From Actinomycetota bacterium (lineage in GTDB: Bacteria > Actinomycetota > Actinomycetes > S36-B12), in the NCBI GenBank assembly GCA_046046455.1, contig JBJOJS010000023.1, forward strand, positions 13,167-77,166: a DNA stretch of 64,000 nt. Reading direction: 5' to 3'. Shown here in pieces: positions 51,521 through 61,108 of the stretch. The notes beneath the pieces were generated by a model, which saw only the letters and a list, made by a program, of their open reading frames with translations, did no database searches and was not told where the DNA came from. The number at the start of each line of letters is the position of its first letter. Positions within the stretch are counted from its first letter, which is position 1. A program made the position numbers and the translations under genes.

Positions 51521-52408
51521 TCAGGTGATCGACGCGGCGTAGATCTCGTCGATCGTCGCCTGGAGGGTCTCCGTGAACTCCGCATCGCTCTGCTGCGCGG
51601 TGAGTCCCTCGGAAAGGGCGCGCGAGAAGCTCGCGATCATGCCGTTGTTGGCCGCGAGCATGTCGCACGCATCGTCGCGTGAGTAGCCACCGGACAGCGC
51701 CACCACGCGCAGGACCTTGGGATGGTCGATGAGGACCTTGTAGAAGTTGTTTTCGCTCGGCAGCGAGAGCTTGAACATGACCTGCTGGCCCTCGGGGATG
51801 CGATCGAGACCGGCAAGCAGTGCGTCGCGCAGGATCGCCTCGCTCTGCGCCTTGTCATCGCTCTTGATGTTGACCTCGGGCTCGATGATCGGCACGAGAC
51901 CGTGGCCGAGGATCTGCAGGGCGACATCGAACTGCTGGTCGACGACCGCCTTGATGCCCGCGGGATTCGCCGAGTTGATGACCGAGCGCATCTTGGTGCC
52001 GAAGACGCCCTTGCTCGCCGCGCGCGTGCACAGATCATCGAGGTGCGGCATGGGCTTCATGACCTGTGCGCCATCGACCTCGTCGGCGAGGCCGAGGTCG
52101 ACCTTGACCAGCGGCACCACGCGCTTGACGTTCCAGAGGTACGACGGAGTCGGCTGGCCCTCGACATCGCGGTCCATCGTCATTTCGAAGAGGATCGCTG
52201 CGATCACCTTGTCGCCGTTGAACGCCGGGTTGGTGATGATGCGCGAGCGCATGGCGTGGACGAGATCGAACATCTGCTCGTCGCCGGAGTAGGCGCTCTC
52301 GTCGATGCCGTAGAGCTTCAGCGCCTTGGGGGTGCTGCCGCCGCTCTGGTCGAGTGCGGCGATGAAGCCCTTGCCGGATCCCATCTGGGTGCGCATATCG
52401 GTATTCAT
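51521..52408 (-). CDS. class I fructose-bisphosphate aldolase
   Basis: ATG 52406-52408. MNTDMRTQMGSGKGFIAALDQSGGSTPKAL..., VVPLVKVDLG, PIIEPEV and VMFKLSLP match the short bacterial class I (Fda-type) enzymes. About 295 aa. Confidence 0.88.
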   Translation of the reverse strand: MNTDMRTQMGSGKGFIAALDQSGGSTPKALKLYGIDESAYSGDEQMFDLVHAMRSRIITNPAFNGDKVIAAILFEMTMDRDVEGQPTPSYLWNVKRVVPLVKVDLGLADEVDGAQVMKPMPHLDDLCTRAASKGVFGTKMRSVINSANPAGIKAVVDQQFDVALQILGHGLVPIIEPEVNIKSDDKAQSEAILRDALLAGLDRIPEGQQVMFKLSLPSENNFYKVLIDHPKVLRVVALSGGYSRDDACDMLAANNGMIASFSRALSEGLTAQQSDAEFTETLQATIDEIYAASIT

Positions 52409-52476
52409 GGGGCGATCTCCCGTGCGTCGGTGGTCCCCGCACCCTATCGGCAAACGTTTGCAGAGGGAAGGGGCCC

Positions 52477-53742
52477 TCAGGTCACGGTCGTGTCATCGGC
52501 GGTCACGGCATAGCCATCGGCGGCCACGGCATAGCCATCGCGGGAGCGCAGCCGCCAGACCGAGGGCACAAGGAGGGCGCCCGCCGCTCCGAGGGCGGCG
52601 ATCAGGGCTGCGATGGCAAACGCCTCGGAGATGGGGATGAAGATGAGGAGCGGCCCGGCCAGGGCGAGGCCAATGGGCCCGAACATGAGCGAGCCGAAAG
52701 CGTCGTAGGAGGAGACGCGGGAAAGCGACTCGGGTGGCACATTGCGCTGAAGCGCCGTGAACCACAGCACCTGGAAGAACTCGATCGCGAGACCCCAGGC
52801 GAAGGCGCCGAGCATGATGACCGGCAGCGGAGCCGCGAGGGCGAGGGTGAGCAGCCACGCCGGCAGCGTCAGGCACATGAGCATGCCGAAGGCGATCGGA
52901 CGCTCGATGCGCAATCGCGAGGCGACCAGCGCACCGATGAGCAGTCCGACGGCCAAGGCCCCGAGCACGGCCGACCATCCTGCCGGGCCGCCGTACTCCT
53001 CCTCGGCGAGCACGGGCCCGAGCACTTCCTCCGCGCCGCGCATGACCATGACGATGAGGCTGAAGGCGAGCACGACAGCGACGATCCAGCGGTAGGAGAT
53101 GAAGGTCTTCCACCCGTCGATGAGGTCGCGCACGGGCGACTCACCGGAGTGATGCGGTCTCGAGAGGCGTCGGAAGGAGAAGACGAGCGCACCGGCGGCG
53201 AGGAAGGTGAAGGCGTCGAGGAAGATCGCCCACCCGGATCCGAAGAACGTGACGAGCACGCCGCCGATGGCTGTGCCGACGATGAAGCCACCGTTGGAGC
53301 CGACGGAGAGGTACGCATTGGCCGGCTGGAGGTGCTCCTCAGGCACGACGTCGGAGATCAATCCTGGGTACGCCGGGTACCACAGTCCATTGAGGATGCC
53401 GGCGAGCACCTGCAGTCCGATGAGGAGCGGGATCGTCGCGCTATCGGTGATGAAGAGCAGGCCGATGGTCGCGATCACGGCGAAGAGCAGCATGTCGCAG
53501 ATGCCGATCATGAGCGGTCGACCCACGCGATCGGCGATCACTCCCCCGATGGGCAGGAAGATCACCAGAGGGATGGCCTGGGCAGCGAGAACGATGCTGA
53601 GGGCCGTGGGCGAGCCCTCGGGCAGTCCGAGGACACCGAAGGCCAGTGCCACGGGTGCCATGCCATTGCCGATGTTGGAGATCGTGCGAGCGGCAAAGAG
53701 ACGTCGGTACGCCGACATCGACGCCAGGATCCGCACGCTCAC
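52477..53742 (-). CDS. MFS transporter
   Basis: 421 aa with about 12 TM helices. YRRLFAARTISNIGNGM..., GGVIADRVGRPLM is the MFS motif A-like loop. The start is GTG 53742 or ATG 53718. Confidence 0.85.
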   Translation of the reverse strand: MSVRILASMSAYRRLFAARTISNIGNGMAPVALAFGVLGLPEGSPTALSIVLAAQAIPLVIFLPIGGVIADRVGRPLMIGICDMLLFAVIATIGLLFITDSATIPLLIGLQVLAGILNGLWYPAYPGLISDVVPEEHLQPANAYLSVGSNGGFIVGTAIGGVLVTFFGSGWAIFLDAFTFLAAGALVFSFRRLSRPHHSGESPVRDLIDGWKTFISYRWIVAVVLAFSLIVMVMRGAEEVLGPVLAEEEYGGPAGWSAVLGALAVGLLIGALVASRLRIERPIAFGMLMCLTLPAWLLTLALAAPLPVIMLGAFAWGLAIEFFQVLWFTALQRNVPPESLSRVSSYDAFGSLMFGPIGLALAGPLLIFIPISEAFAIAALIAALGAAGALLVPSVWRLRSRDGYAVAADGYAVTADDTTVT

Positions 53743-53784
53743 CGGCGGATCCTATGTCCCGTATGTCATCGCTAGAGTCGCCGC

Positions 53785-54972
53785 GTGATCGACATCGAGG
53801 CACTGCGCGCGGACACCCCGGGCTGCGTCAACGTCACGCATCTCAACAACGCGGGATCGGCGTTGCAGCCGGCGATCGTCACCGACACCGTCGTCGCGCA
53901 CCTGCGGCGCGAGGAGCAGGTCGGTGGCTACGAGGCGCACGCGGAAGCACGCGATCGAGTTGCCGGTGTCTACGCCTCGGTGGGATCACTGGTCAATGCG
54001 CCGATCGAGCGGGTGGCGCTCGTGGAGTCGGCCACCGTCGCGTGGGACCGCGGTCTGCAGGCCATCGCCTTCAGCGACCCGCCCGGACCGGGTGACCGGA
54101 TGCTGGTTTCGGGCAGTGAGTACGCGTCCAACGTGCTGCCGCTGCTGCAGCTGGCACGACGTACAGGTGCCTCCGTCGAGGTCATCCCCGACGGTGCTGA
54201 CGGCAGTGTCGATGTCGAGGCACTCGGCAACATGCTCGACGAGGGGGTGCGCATCGTCTCGGTCAATCACGCACCCAGCCAGAACGGTCTCGTCAATGAC
54301 GTGGTTGCGATAGGCGACATGCTCCGGATGCACGGCTCGCCCGCGTGGTATCTCGTCGACGCGTGCCAGTCGGTCGGCCAGTTGCCCGTCGACATGGGGC
54401 GCATCGGATGCGATGTGCTGTCGGCGACGGGTCGGAAGTTCCTGCGCGGACCACGTGCGACGGGATTCCTCGTCGTCTCGCAGCGCATGCTCGACGACCT
54501 CGAGCCCTTCCCCCTCGACCTGCATGCGGCTACCTGGACCGCGCTGGACGACTACGAGTTGGCCGCGGGTGCCGCACGCTTCGAGTCCTGGGAGAAGGCG
54601 TACGCCGCACTCCTCGGCATGGGCGCGGCCATCGACTACGCCCTCGCCTGCGGCATCGAGCCCCTGGCTGCGCGCATCGGCCTGCTCGCCCAGCGCGCGC
54701 GAACCGGACTCGCCGAGATCCCGGGCGTGATCGTGCGCGACCGTGGCAGCGTTCAGTCAGGCATCGTCACGATTCGCGTCGAGGATCCGGCCGGGGTCGT
54801 GGCCGGGCTGCGGGCGCTCGGGATCAACACGAGCCTGTCGACCCCCGACTACTCCCGCATCGACTTTGGCCGTGACCAGGCACCCGGTCTCGTGCGAATC
54901 AGCCCGCATGCCTACAACACCGAGGACGAGGTGGATCGCGCCGTCGCCGCGATCGCCGCACTCGTGCGCTAA
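53785..54972 (+). CDS. class V aminotransferase / cysteine desulfurase-like PLP enzyme
   Basis: 395 aa. THLNNAGSAL, LVDACQSVGQLPVDM and ATGRKFLRGPRATG (PLP Lys in SxxxK-like context). Confidence 0.85.
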   Translation: MIDIEALRADTPGCVNVTHLNNAGSALQPAIVTDTVVAHLRREEQVGGYEAHAEARDRVAGVYASVGSLVNAPIERVALVESATVAWDRGLQAIAFSDPPGPGDRMLVSGSEYASNVLPLLQLARRTGASVEVIPDGADGSVDVEALGNMLDEGVRIVSVNHAPSQNGLVNDVVAIGDMLRMHGSPAWYLVDACQSVGQLPVDMGRIGCDVLSATGRKFLRGPRATGFLVVSQRMLDDLEPFPLDLHAATWTALDDYELAAGAARFESWEKAYAALLGMGAAIDYALACGIEPLAARIGLLAQRARTGLAEIPGVIVRDRGSVQSGIVTIRVEDPAGVVAGLRALGINTSLSTPDYSRIDFGRDQAPGLVRISPHAYNTEDEVDRAVAAIAALVR

Positions 54973-55580
54973 TCCACTGGAGCGCTCGGCAGCTGTCCGA
55001 ACACATGGCGGCGTACCCAGGCATGCATCGCCACGGCAGCGGCCGCGCCGGCGTTGATGCTGCGCGTCGAGCCGAACTGCGTGATGGCAAGCAGATCGAC
55101 GCAGGCGTCCTGCGCCTGCGCGGAGAGACCTGGGCCCTCCTGGCCGAAGACGAGCACGCAGTCCCGCGGGATGTCATAGGTCTCGATCGGCACGGAGCCC
55201 TCGACGTTGTCGATGCCGATCAAGGGGATCTCGGCATCAGCAGCCCACCCGACCAGTGCCTCGATCGATTCGTGATGGCGCACGTGCTGGTAGCGCTCCG
55301 TCACCATCGCGCCCCGCCGATTCCATCGGCGATGGCCCACGATGTGCACCTCGGCCGCCAGGAACGCATTGGCCGAACGGACGACCGAGCCGATGTTCAT
55401 GTCGTGCTCGAAGTTCTCGATCGCGACGTGGAAGGGGTGCCGCCGCGCATCGAGGTCCGCGACGATCGCCTCGACGGTCCAGTTGCGGTAGCGGTCGACG
55501 ACGTTGCGGGTGTCCCCCTCCGCGACCAGCTGCGGATCAATCCGCGGATCGGGATCGGAGCCATCGACACCGGAACCCAT
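54969..55580 (-). CDS. TrmH/SpoU family RNA 2'-O-methyltransferase
   Basis: 203 aa. NIGSVVRSANAF, LVFGQEGPGLS and SINAGAAAAVAMH correspond to SpoU motifs 1-3. Confidence 0.85.
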   Translation of the reverse strand: MGSGVDGSDPDPRIDPQLVAEGDTRNVVDRYRNWTVEAIVADLDARRHPFHVAIENFEHDMNIGSVVRSANAFLAAEVHIVGHRRWNRRGAMVTERYQHVRHHESIEALVGWAADAEIPLIGIDNVEGSVPIETYDIPRDCVLVFGQEGPGLSAQAQDACVDLLAITQFGSTRSINAGAAAAVAMHAWVRRHVFGQLPSAPVD

Positions 55581-55628
55581 GGCTCGACCCTAGAGGGATG
55601 GGCAGGGGCCAGGCCTTAGAGTCGATGG

Positions 55629-56300
55629 GTGCCGGATCTCGCCCTCACGCTCACGGCAGCCGTCACGGCCCTCGGCCCGGAGTGGCTCGACCCGCAGACC
55701 CTGCTCACCAACCTCGGCGACATCGCCTTCTGGGTGGTCCTCGGGATCATCTTCGCCGAGTGCGGCCTCCTCATCGGCTTCTTCCTGCCCGGGGATTCGC
55801 TGCTCTTCATCACCGGTCTCTTCATCGCCTCGGGCTTCATCTCCATCAACATCTGGCTCGCCTGCCTCCTCCTGCTCACCGCGGCGGTCGTGGGCAACGC
55901 GGTCGGCTACGCCATCGGCTACAAGGTGGGTCCCGCGCTCTTCCGTCGTGAGGACTCGCGGCTGTTCAAGAAGGAGTACGTCGAGAAGACCCATGCCTTC
56001 TTCGACAAGTACGGCGGCCGCGCCATCATCCTGGCTCGATTCGTGCCGATCGTGCGCACCTTCATCACCGCGATCGCCGGTGTCGCCCGCATGGACTTCC
56101 GCCGCTTCATGCTCTTCACCGCTATCGGCGGCATCATCTGGGCCGTCGGTGTCACCCTCGCCGGCTACTTCCTCGGCACGATCCCCTTCGTCAAGGACAA
56201 CATCGAGGCGATCCTTCTCCTCGTCGTCCTGGTGAGCGTCATTCCCATCATCTGGGAGTTCATCAAGCACCGCCGCCAGCGCGGTGCCGCCGAGTCCTAG
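55629..56300 (+). CDS. DedA family membrane protein
   Basis: 223 aa. FFLPGDSLLFITG and YGGRAIILARFVPIVRTFITAIAGVARM are the DedA/SNARE-associated signature. Confidence 0.85.
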   Translation: MPDLALTLTAAVTALGPEWLDPQTLLTNLGDIAFWVVLGIIFAECGLLIGFFLPGDSLLFITGLFIASGFISINIWLACLLLLTAAVVGNAVGYAIGYKVGPALFRREDSRLFKKEYVEKTHAFFDKYGGRAIILARFVPIVRTFITAIAGVARMDFRRFMLFTAIGGIIWAVGVTLAGYFLGTIPFVKDNIEAILLLVVLVSVIPIIWEFIKHRRQRGAAES

Positions 56301-56833
56301 ACGAGGCCCAGGTCGTCGAGGGAGTAAGCCGCCCGGTACTCCAGTCCCGCCTCGCGCACGGCGTCCCCTGCACCACGATCGACGATCACGGCGACGCCGA
56401 CGACCTCGGCACCCGCTTCGCGCAGGGCTTCCACGGCAGTGAGCACGCTCGATCCCGTCGTCGACGTGTCCTCGACCGCGAGCACGCGTCGGCCGGTGAC
56501 ATCGGGGCCCTCGATACGACGCTGCAGACCGTGCGCCTTGCCCTCCTTGCGCACGACGAAGGCATCGATGTGCTCACGCCGGGCGGCACACGCGTGCAGC
56601 ATCGCCGTGGCAACCGGATCCGCGCCCAAGGTGAGTCCACCGACAGCGTCGTAGTCCCAGTCGGAGGTCAGATCGCGCATCACGCGGCCGATGAGCGGGG
56701 CAGCCACGGCATCGAGGGTCACGCGGCGGAGATCGACGTAGTAGTCCGCTTCCCGACCACTCGAGAGGATGACCTTCCCGTGCACGACGGCCTTGTCGAC
56801 GATCTGCTGGCGGAGGGCTTCGCGGTCGCTCAT
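56297..56833 (-). CDS. pyrE: orotate phosphoribosyltransferase
   Basis: 178 aa. GKVILSSGREADYYVDLR and the PRPP loop RVLAVEDTSTTGSS. Confidence 0.9.
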   Translation of the reverse strand: MSDREALRQQIVDKAVVHGKVILSSGREADYYVDLRRVTLDAVAAPLIGRVMRDLTSDWDYDAVGGLTLGADPVATAMLHACAARREHIDAFVVRKEGKAHGLQRRIEGPDVTGRRVLAVEDTSTTGSSVLTAVEALREAGAEVVGVAVIVDRGAGDAVREAGLEYRAAYSLDDLGLV

Positions 56834-56847
56834 GGGCAGACCCTAGG

Positions 56848-57288
56848 GTGCTGAGCGTGGCTACCGGAAGCGTGGTGCTCACCCCCGGGTCGGCGTACGC
56901 CGTGCCCGGTGCACTCGATCTCTCCGCTGAGGCGCTCGCCGACTCGGAGTGGACGGCACGGGTGGCCCTCGGCATCGCCGCTGCGTCGTCGGACCTGGCG
57001 CCGCCCCTGCTCCTCGTGCTCACCGGACACGCCGCGGCGCACGCACCCCATCTCGGATTCGCGCAGCGCTCGGCGCGACGTGCCGTCAGTGGCTACGTGC
57101 TCGTCGATCCCGTGCTGCCACGCCCCGGAGCGGTGAGCGACTGGCCCGACGCGCCCGTGACGGTGATCCTCACCCCGCAGGCGGACGACGACACGCGGGC
57201 TGCCGCGCTTGGTGCGCGCCTGCGCGGCTGGGAGGTGCTCGAGGGCGACCCGAGCAGCCTTATCGCCGACATCGCCGCCCGGCCCTAA
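56848..57288 (+). CDS. hypothetical protein
   Basis: 146-aa ORF that fills the gap between pyrE and the SDR gene, with coding-like composition. No recognisable motif. Confidence 0.4.
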   Translation: MLSVATGSVVLTPGSAYAVPGALDLSAEALADSEWTARVALGIAAASSDLAPPLLLVLTGHAAAHAPHLGFAQRSARRAVSGYVLVDPVLPRPGAVSDWPDAPVTVILTPQADDDTRAAALGARLRGWEVLEGDPSSLIADIAARP

Positions 57289-57289
57289 C

Positions 57290-57357
57290 TTCGTTGAGTG
57301 GCGGCGTGTCGCATGCGACACGCCTGAGAAGCAGGCGAGCGCCCGCCACTCAACGAA
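57290..57357. terminator. nested hairpin filling the gap between two convergent genes
   Basis: Outer 15-bp stem: TTCGTTGAGTGGCGG (57290-57304) pairs with CCGCCACTCAACGAA (57343-57357). It encloses a perfect 20-nt palindrome GCGTGTCGCATGCGACACGC (57304-57323). Flanked directly by both stop codons (57286-57288 and 57358-57360). Confidence 0.5.
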
Positions 57358-58128
57358 TTAGCGAGCGGCGCGGGCCTGACCGCCGGCGCGGCGCGAGCCG
57401 ATGGCGCGCACCAGCGGACGTGGGAGGTACTGCGCCGCGAGGGAGAGCGCTTTGTACTGCGTGCCGGCGACACTCACCGGACGACCCTTGCGTACGTCGA
57501 CCAGGGCCCGATCGACGACATCCTGGGTGTCGAGCCACATCCACTCGGGCACGGCGTCCATCTCCATGCTCGCGCGCTGATGGAACTCCGTGTGCGTGTA
57601 GCCCGGGCACACGGCCGTGACATGCACTCCCGTGCCCGCGAGCTCGATCGACAGGCTCTCGCTGAAGACCGTGACCCATGCCTTCGCGGCGGAGTAGGTG
57701 CCGCCCGTGATCCACCCGGCGACGCTGCTCACGTTGAGGACCGCGCCGCTGCCCCGCGCGACCATTCCCGGCAGTGCCGCATGGGTGAGGCGCATGACCG
57801 CGGTGACGAGCACGTCGAGCATCCGCTGCTCCGCCTCGAGGTCCCCCGTAGAGAATCGCTGGGGTACGCCGAATCCGGCGTTATTGACGAGGATCTCGAC
57901 CGGCATGGTGCGCAGGCGCTCCTCGACCAGCGCCATCTGCGACCGGTCAGCAAGATCCGCGGGCAGGACTTCCACTTCCACGCGATGACCGCGCAGCTCC
58001 GCTGCGACGACCTCGAGCCGCTCGCGGTCCCGAGCGACGAGGACGAGGTCATGCCCGCGGCGGGCGAGAGTGCGGGCGAAGGTCAGTCCGATGCCCGATG
58101 TCGCGCCCGTGATGAGTGCCGTGCCCAT
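57358..58128 (-). CDS. SDR family oxidoreductase
   Basis: [18 protein letters not shown] (TGxxxGxG), NNAG and YSAAK (YxxxK). Confidence 0.9.
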   Translation of the reverse strand: MGTALITGATSGIGLTFARTLARRGHDLVLVARDRERLEVVAAELRGHRVEVEVLPADLADRSQMALVEERLRTMPVEILVNNAGFGVPQRFSTGDLEAEQRMLDVLVTAVMRLTHAALPGMVARGSGAVLNVSSVAGWITGGTYSAAKAWVTVFSESLSIELAGTGVHVTAVCPGYTHTEFHQRASMEMDAVPEWMWLDTQDVVDRALVDVRKGRPVSVAGTQYKALSLAAQYLPRPLVRAIGSRRAGGQARAAR

Positions 58129-58220
58129 GTGAATCTCCTCGGGATCGTCGCAAAAGCCACGCGGGACTCTCGTGCGTCAGGCGTGAGACCCCCATCCTTG
58201 CCTACTCTGGCCTCGTGAGG

Positions 58221-59630
58221 ATGAGACGCCTGCTCGCCGGGATCGCCGCGGCGCTGCTCCCGGCCGCCCTGCTCCTCGCACCGGCAGCCTCCGCAGCCGA
58301 GATGTCTCCCCGCGTGGTCAATGGTCGCGAACCCCTCCCTGACGAGGTCCCCGGCCTCGTCTACGTCAGGGCCGGCGGTGCGATCTGCAGCGGCACGCTG
58401 GTCGATGCCACCCACGTCATCACCGCCGGGCACTGTGCCGCCTCAGGAGCCGGGACCACGAAGAGTCCCTCGTCCTTCACCGTCGGCTGGACCCCCACGG
58501 GCACCCTGCCCGCCCCGGTCTGGGCGGGCGTCTCCAAGGTCGCCCTGCACCCCGACTACGACGGGCAGACCTTCGTCAACGACATCGCCGTGCTCACCCT
58601 GGCGACGCCACTCCTCGGTGCCACGCCCATGGCGCTCGCCACGACCGATGTCGCGCGCACCTCTCTCGGTGCGGGCGCGACTGTCCAGGCTGCAGGTTTC
58701 GGCTACACCTCGTCACGCGGCCCACTGAGCAATCGTGCGCTCGTGGGCGATCTCACCGTCGTCCCCAATCGCGTATGCCGCGACGACGCACTCACCTACA
58801 CGATCGGCGGCATCAGCTTCATCGGCCTCGACATCGCGACCTCGACAGCGGTGTGCGCCATCGGCGTTCAGCCAGAGAGCAGCCTCATCATCGACACGTG
58901 CCAGGGAGACTCCGGTGGCCCGCTCTACGCCGGCACCGCCGCAGGACCACGCCTGCTCGGACTGGTGAGCGTCGGAGTGGGCTGCGCCGGCTTCGACGAC
59001 AGGGGAGATGAGCTCACCGACAAGACCCCGGGCGTCTATACGCGCATCACGCCGTACCTGAACTGGTTGACGCAGGTCGGCGTGCGCCAGGCGCCATCGG
59101 CACCGCGCATCACCGCCGTCTCCACCGGAGCCGACGGCATCGCCGTCACCTTCATCCCCGGCGACGCAAACGTGGTGGAGAGCTACCGCGCGGTCGCATC
59201 GGGTCCCTCGGGCACGACGGCCGAGTGCACGACCAGCGGCGCGGCGCTCACGTGCACGGTGAGCGGACTCACCGCCGGAGCGACGTACGCCGTCCTCGGC
59301 TACGCCGTGAGCGGCTCGCTCGAGTCGGGTGCCTCAGGGCCGGTCATGGCCGTCGCGGGTACGCCGACCCTGCGCCCGGAGAAGCCGCGCATCGACACGG
59401 TCACGACGACACCCGCACGACGGCTCGCTGTCTCCGTGAGCCGTCTCGATCCGGCCGGCTGGACGTCGACGTTCGTCGTGTGCAGCGATGGCGGCCGCAC
59501 GTATCGCTCGGACGTCGTAGGAGGCAGGGCGGTGCTGGCGCTTCCCTCCGGGCACACCTACCGCTGCTACGCCAAGAGCACCAACGATGTCGGTGCTGCC
59601 CGGTCGAAGCCGGTCCGGATCGACTTCTGA
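58221..59630 (+). CDS. secreted trypsin-like (S1) serine protease with two C-terminal FN3-like domains
   Basis: Signal peptide [35 protein letters not shown] (His), NDIAVLTL (Asp) and CQGDSGGPL (Ser). The C-terminus holds two beta-sandwich-like modules of about 90 aa. Confidence 0.85.
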   Translation: MRRLLAGIAAALLPAALLLAPAASAAEMSPRVVNGREPLPDEVPGLVYVRAGGAICSGTLVDATHVITAGHCAASGAGTTKSPSSFTVGWTPTGTLPAPVWAGVSKVALHPDYDGQTFVNDIAVLTLATPLLGATPMALATTDVARTSLGAGATVQAAGFGYTSSRGPLSNRALVGDLTVVPNRVCRDDALTYTIGGISFIGLDIATSTAVCAIGVQPESSLIIDTCQGDSGGPLYAGTAAGPRLLGLVSVGVGCAGFDDRGDELTDKTPGVYTRITPYLNWLTQVGVRQAPSAPRITAVSTGADGIAVTFIPGDANVVESYRAVASGPSGTTAECTTSGAALTCTVSGLTAGATYAVLGYAVSGSLESGASGPVMAVAGTPTLRPEKPRIDTVTTTPARRLAVSVSRLDPAGWTSTFVVCSDGGRTYRSDVVGGRAVLALPSGHTYRCYAKSTNDVGAARSKPVRIDF

Positions 59631-59631
59631 C

Positions 59632-61089
59632 ATGCGCCGTCTCGCGCCCCTCGCTCTCCTCTCGGGCATCGCGCTCCTGGCGATGCTGCCCGTGCCCGCA
59701 CAGGCTGCGCCCGACGTCGCACCCCGCGTCGTCAACGGCGAGCCAGGGCCGTCCACGGACTTCGACTACCTCGTCGCACTCGGCGACCGCGGGCGCTACG
59801 AGGCGCTCGGCATGGATAGAGCGCAATTCTGCGGGGGCACCCTCGCCTCCACGACCCTGGTGATCACGGCGGCGCACTGCGTCGTCGACGTGACCGTGCG
59901 CGACATCGTCGTCGGAAGTTTTGTCGACGGAGACCTTGCCAGTGAGACCGGACGCGTTGTCGGTGTCGCCGCCATCAAGATCCATCCGCGCTACAACGGC
60001 TCGACCCAGTCGCACGACATCGCCGTCATCACGCTCAAGCAGCCGCTCCTCGGCGTGCCCACGCTCGCGCCCGCGACCACGGAGGAGGCGGCGGTGCTCA
60101 CAGCCCCCCGCGCCCCCGCACGTGTCGCCGGCTGGGGGGCGACCAACCACCAGCAGCCCTGGCGCTTCACCTCCGTCTATCGCATCGGGCAACTCGTGGT
60201 CTTCCCCACCAGCTCCTGCGGTGAGGGGGAGAACTTCGTCATCGACGGCGTGACCTTCCGCGGCTACGGACCCGCCTCCCTCGATCCGAGGGTCATGCTG
60301 TGCGCAGAGGGAGTCCGCAATGGCGCCCCCGTGGATAGCTGCGTCGGCGATTCCGGCGGGCCGCTCGTGGGCGGCATCGGTGCAGCGCAGCGCCTCATCG
60401 GCGTGGTGAGCTGGGGCCTCGACGAGTGCGCGACACGCAGCGGTCCCGGCGTCTACGCCCGGGTCTCGGCCTTCACGTCGTTCCTTAGGGACGCCGGCGT
60501 GCCCTTCACACCGGAGCCGACCGATACACCCTTGCCTCCGCGCATCTCCGGCGTTACCACCACGGCGACGAGCATGACCATCACTGTCACACCCGCCACC
60601 GGTGGACTGGAGCCGGACGAGTACGCCGTGTCCGCACGCGATCCCAGCGGCCTCGTGACGTCGTGCTCGATGGAGGCGCCCCCGAGGCCCGCGACCGCCC
60701 GGTGCACCATCGCCGAACTCACTCCCGGTACGGCGTACGCCGTGTCCGCCATTGCGATCGCGGAAGGCACACCCTCGACACCCAGCGCCGAGCGCACGAT
60801 CACCCCCGCGGGCCTGCCCGCGAAGCCACGCATCGACGCCGTCGAGGTCGAGCGCGGAGGCTACGCCGGGTTCGTGGTCACGAGCATCCGCGGCAACGGC
60901 TCTCCGGTCCTGCGCAAGGTGGTCCGCTGCTCGACGAGCAACCACCCGACGCGCTCAGCACCCATCGTCGCCAAGGGGATCGCGCTTGTCTCGGGGCTGC
61001 ACCGTGGCGCCACGTATACATGTGTGGCCATCGTGACCAATGAGTACGGCTCGAAGCAGTCCGAGAAGGTCCGTGTCACGGCGCGCTGA
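59632..61089 (+). CDS. secreted trypsin-like (S1) serine protease with two C-terminal FN3-like domains (tandem paralog)
   Basis: Starts 1 nt after the previous stop. Signal peptide MRRLAPLALLSGIALLAMLPVPAQA. VVNG, ITAAHC, HDIAVITL and CVGDSGGPL. Same C-terminal architecture as the upstream paralog. Confidence 0.85.
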   Translation: MRRLAPLALLSGIALLAMLPVPAQAAPDVAPRVVNGEPGPSTDFDYLVALGDRGRYEALGMDRAQFCGGTLASTTLVITAAHCVVDVTVRDIVVGSFVDGDLASETGRVVGVAAIKIHPRYNGSTQSHDIAVITLKQPLLGVPTLAPATTEEAAVLTAPRAPARVAGWGATNHQQPWRFTSVYRIGQLVVFPTSSCGEGENFVIDGVTFRGYGPASLDPRVMLCAEGVRNGAPVDSCVGDSGGPLVGGIGAAQRLIGVVSWGLDECATRSGPGVYARVSAFTSFLRDAGVPFTPEPTDTPLPPRISGVTTTATSMTITVTPATGGLEPDEYAVSARDPSGLVTSCSMEAPPRPATARCTIAELTPGTAYAVSAIAIAEGTPSTPSAERTITPAGLPAKPRIDAVEVERGGYAGFVVTSIRGNGSPVLRKVVRCSTSNHPTRSAPIVAKGIALVSGLHRGATYTCVAIVTNEYGSKQSEKVRVTAR

Positions 61090-61108
61090 CGCCCACTAGG
61101 CTCGCGCC

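Noticed and set aside
59401-60945. 514-aa minus-strand ORF across the two S1 protease genes
   Set aside because: It is antisense to two ORFs that have complete catalytic triads and signal peptides, and its Arg/Gly/Asp-rich composition shows no domain motifs.
58221-61089. Tandem trypsin-like proteins considered as spokes of a Streptomyces-type umbrella toxin particle
   Set aside because: Both copies keep intact His/Asp/Ser triads and carry FN3-like rather than lectin-like C-termini. No ALF-repeat or long coiled-coil polymorphic-toxin partner genes are adjacent.
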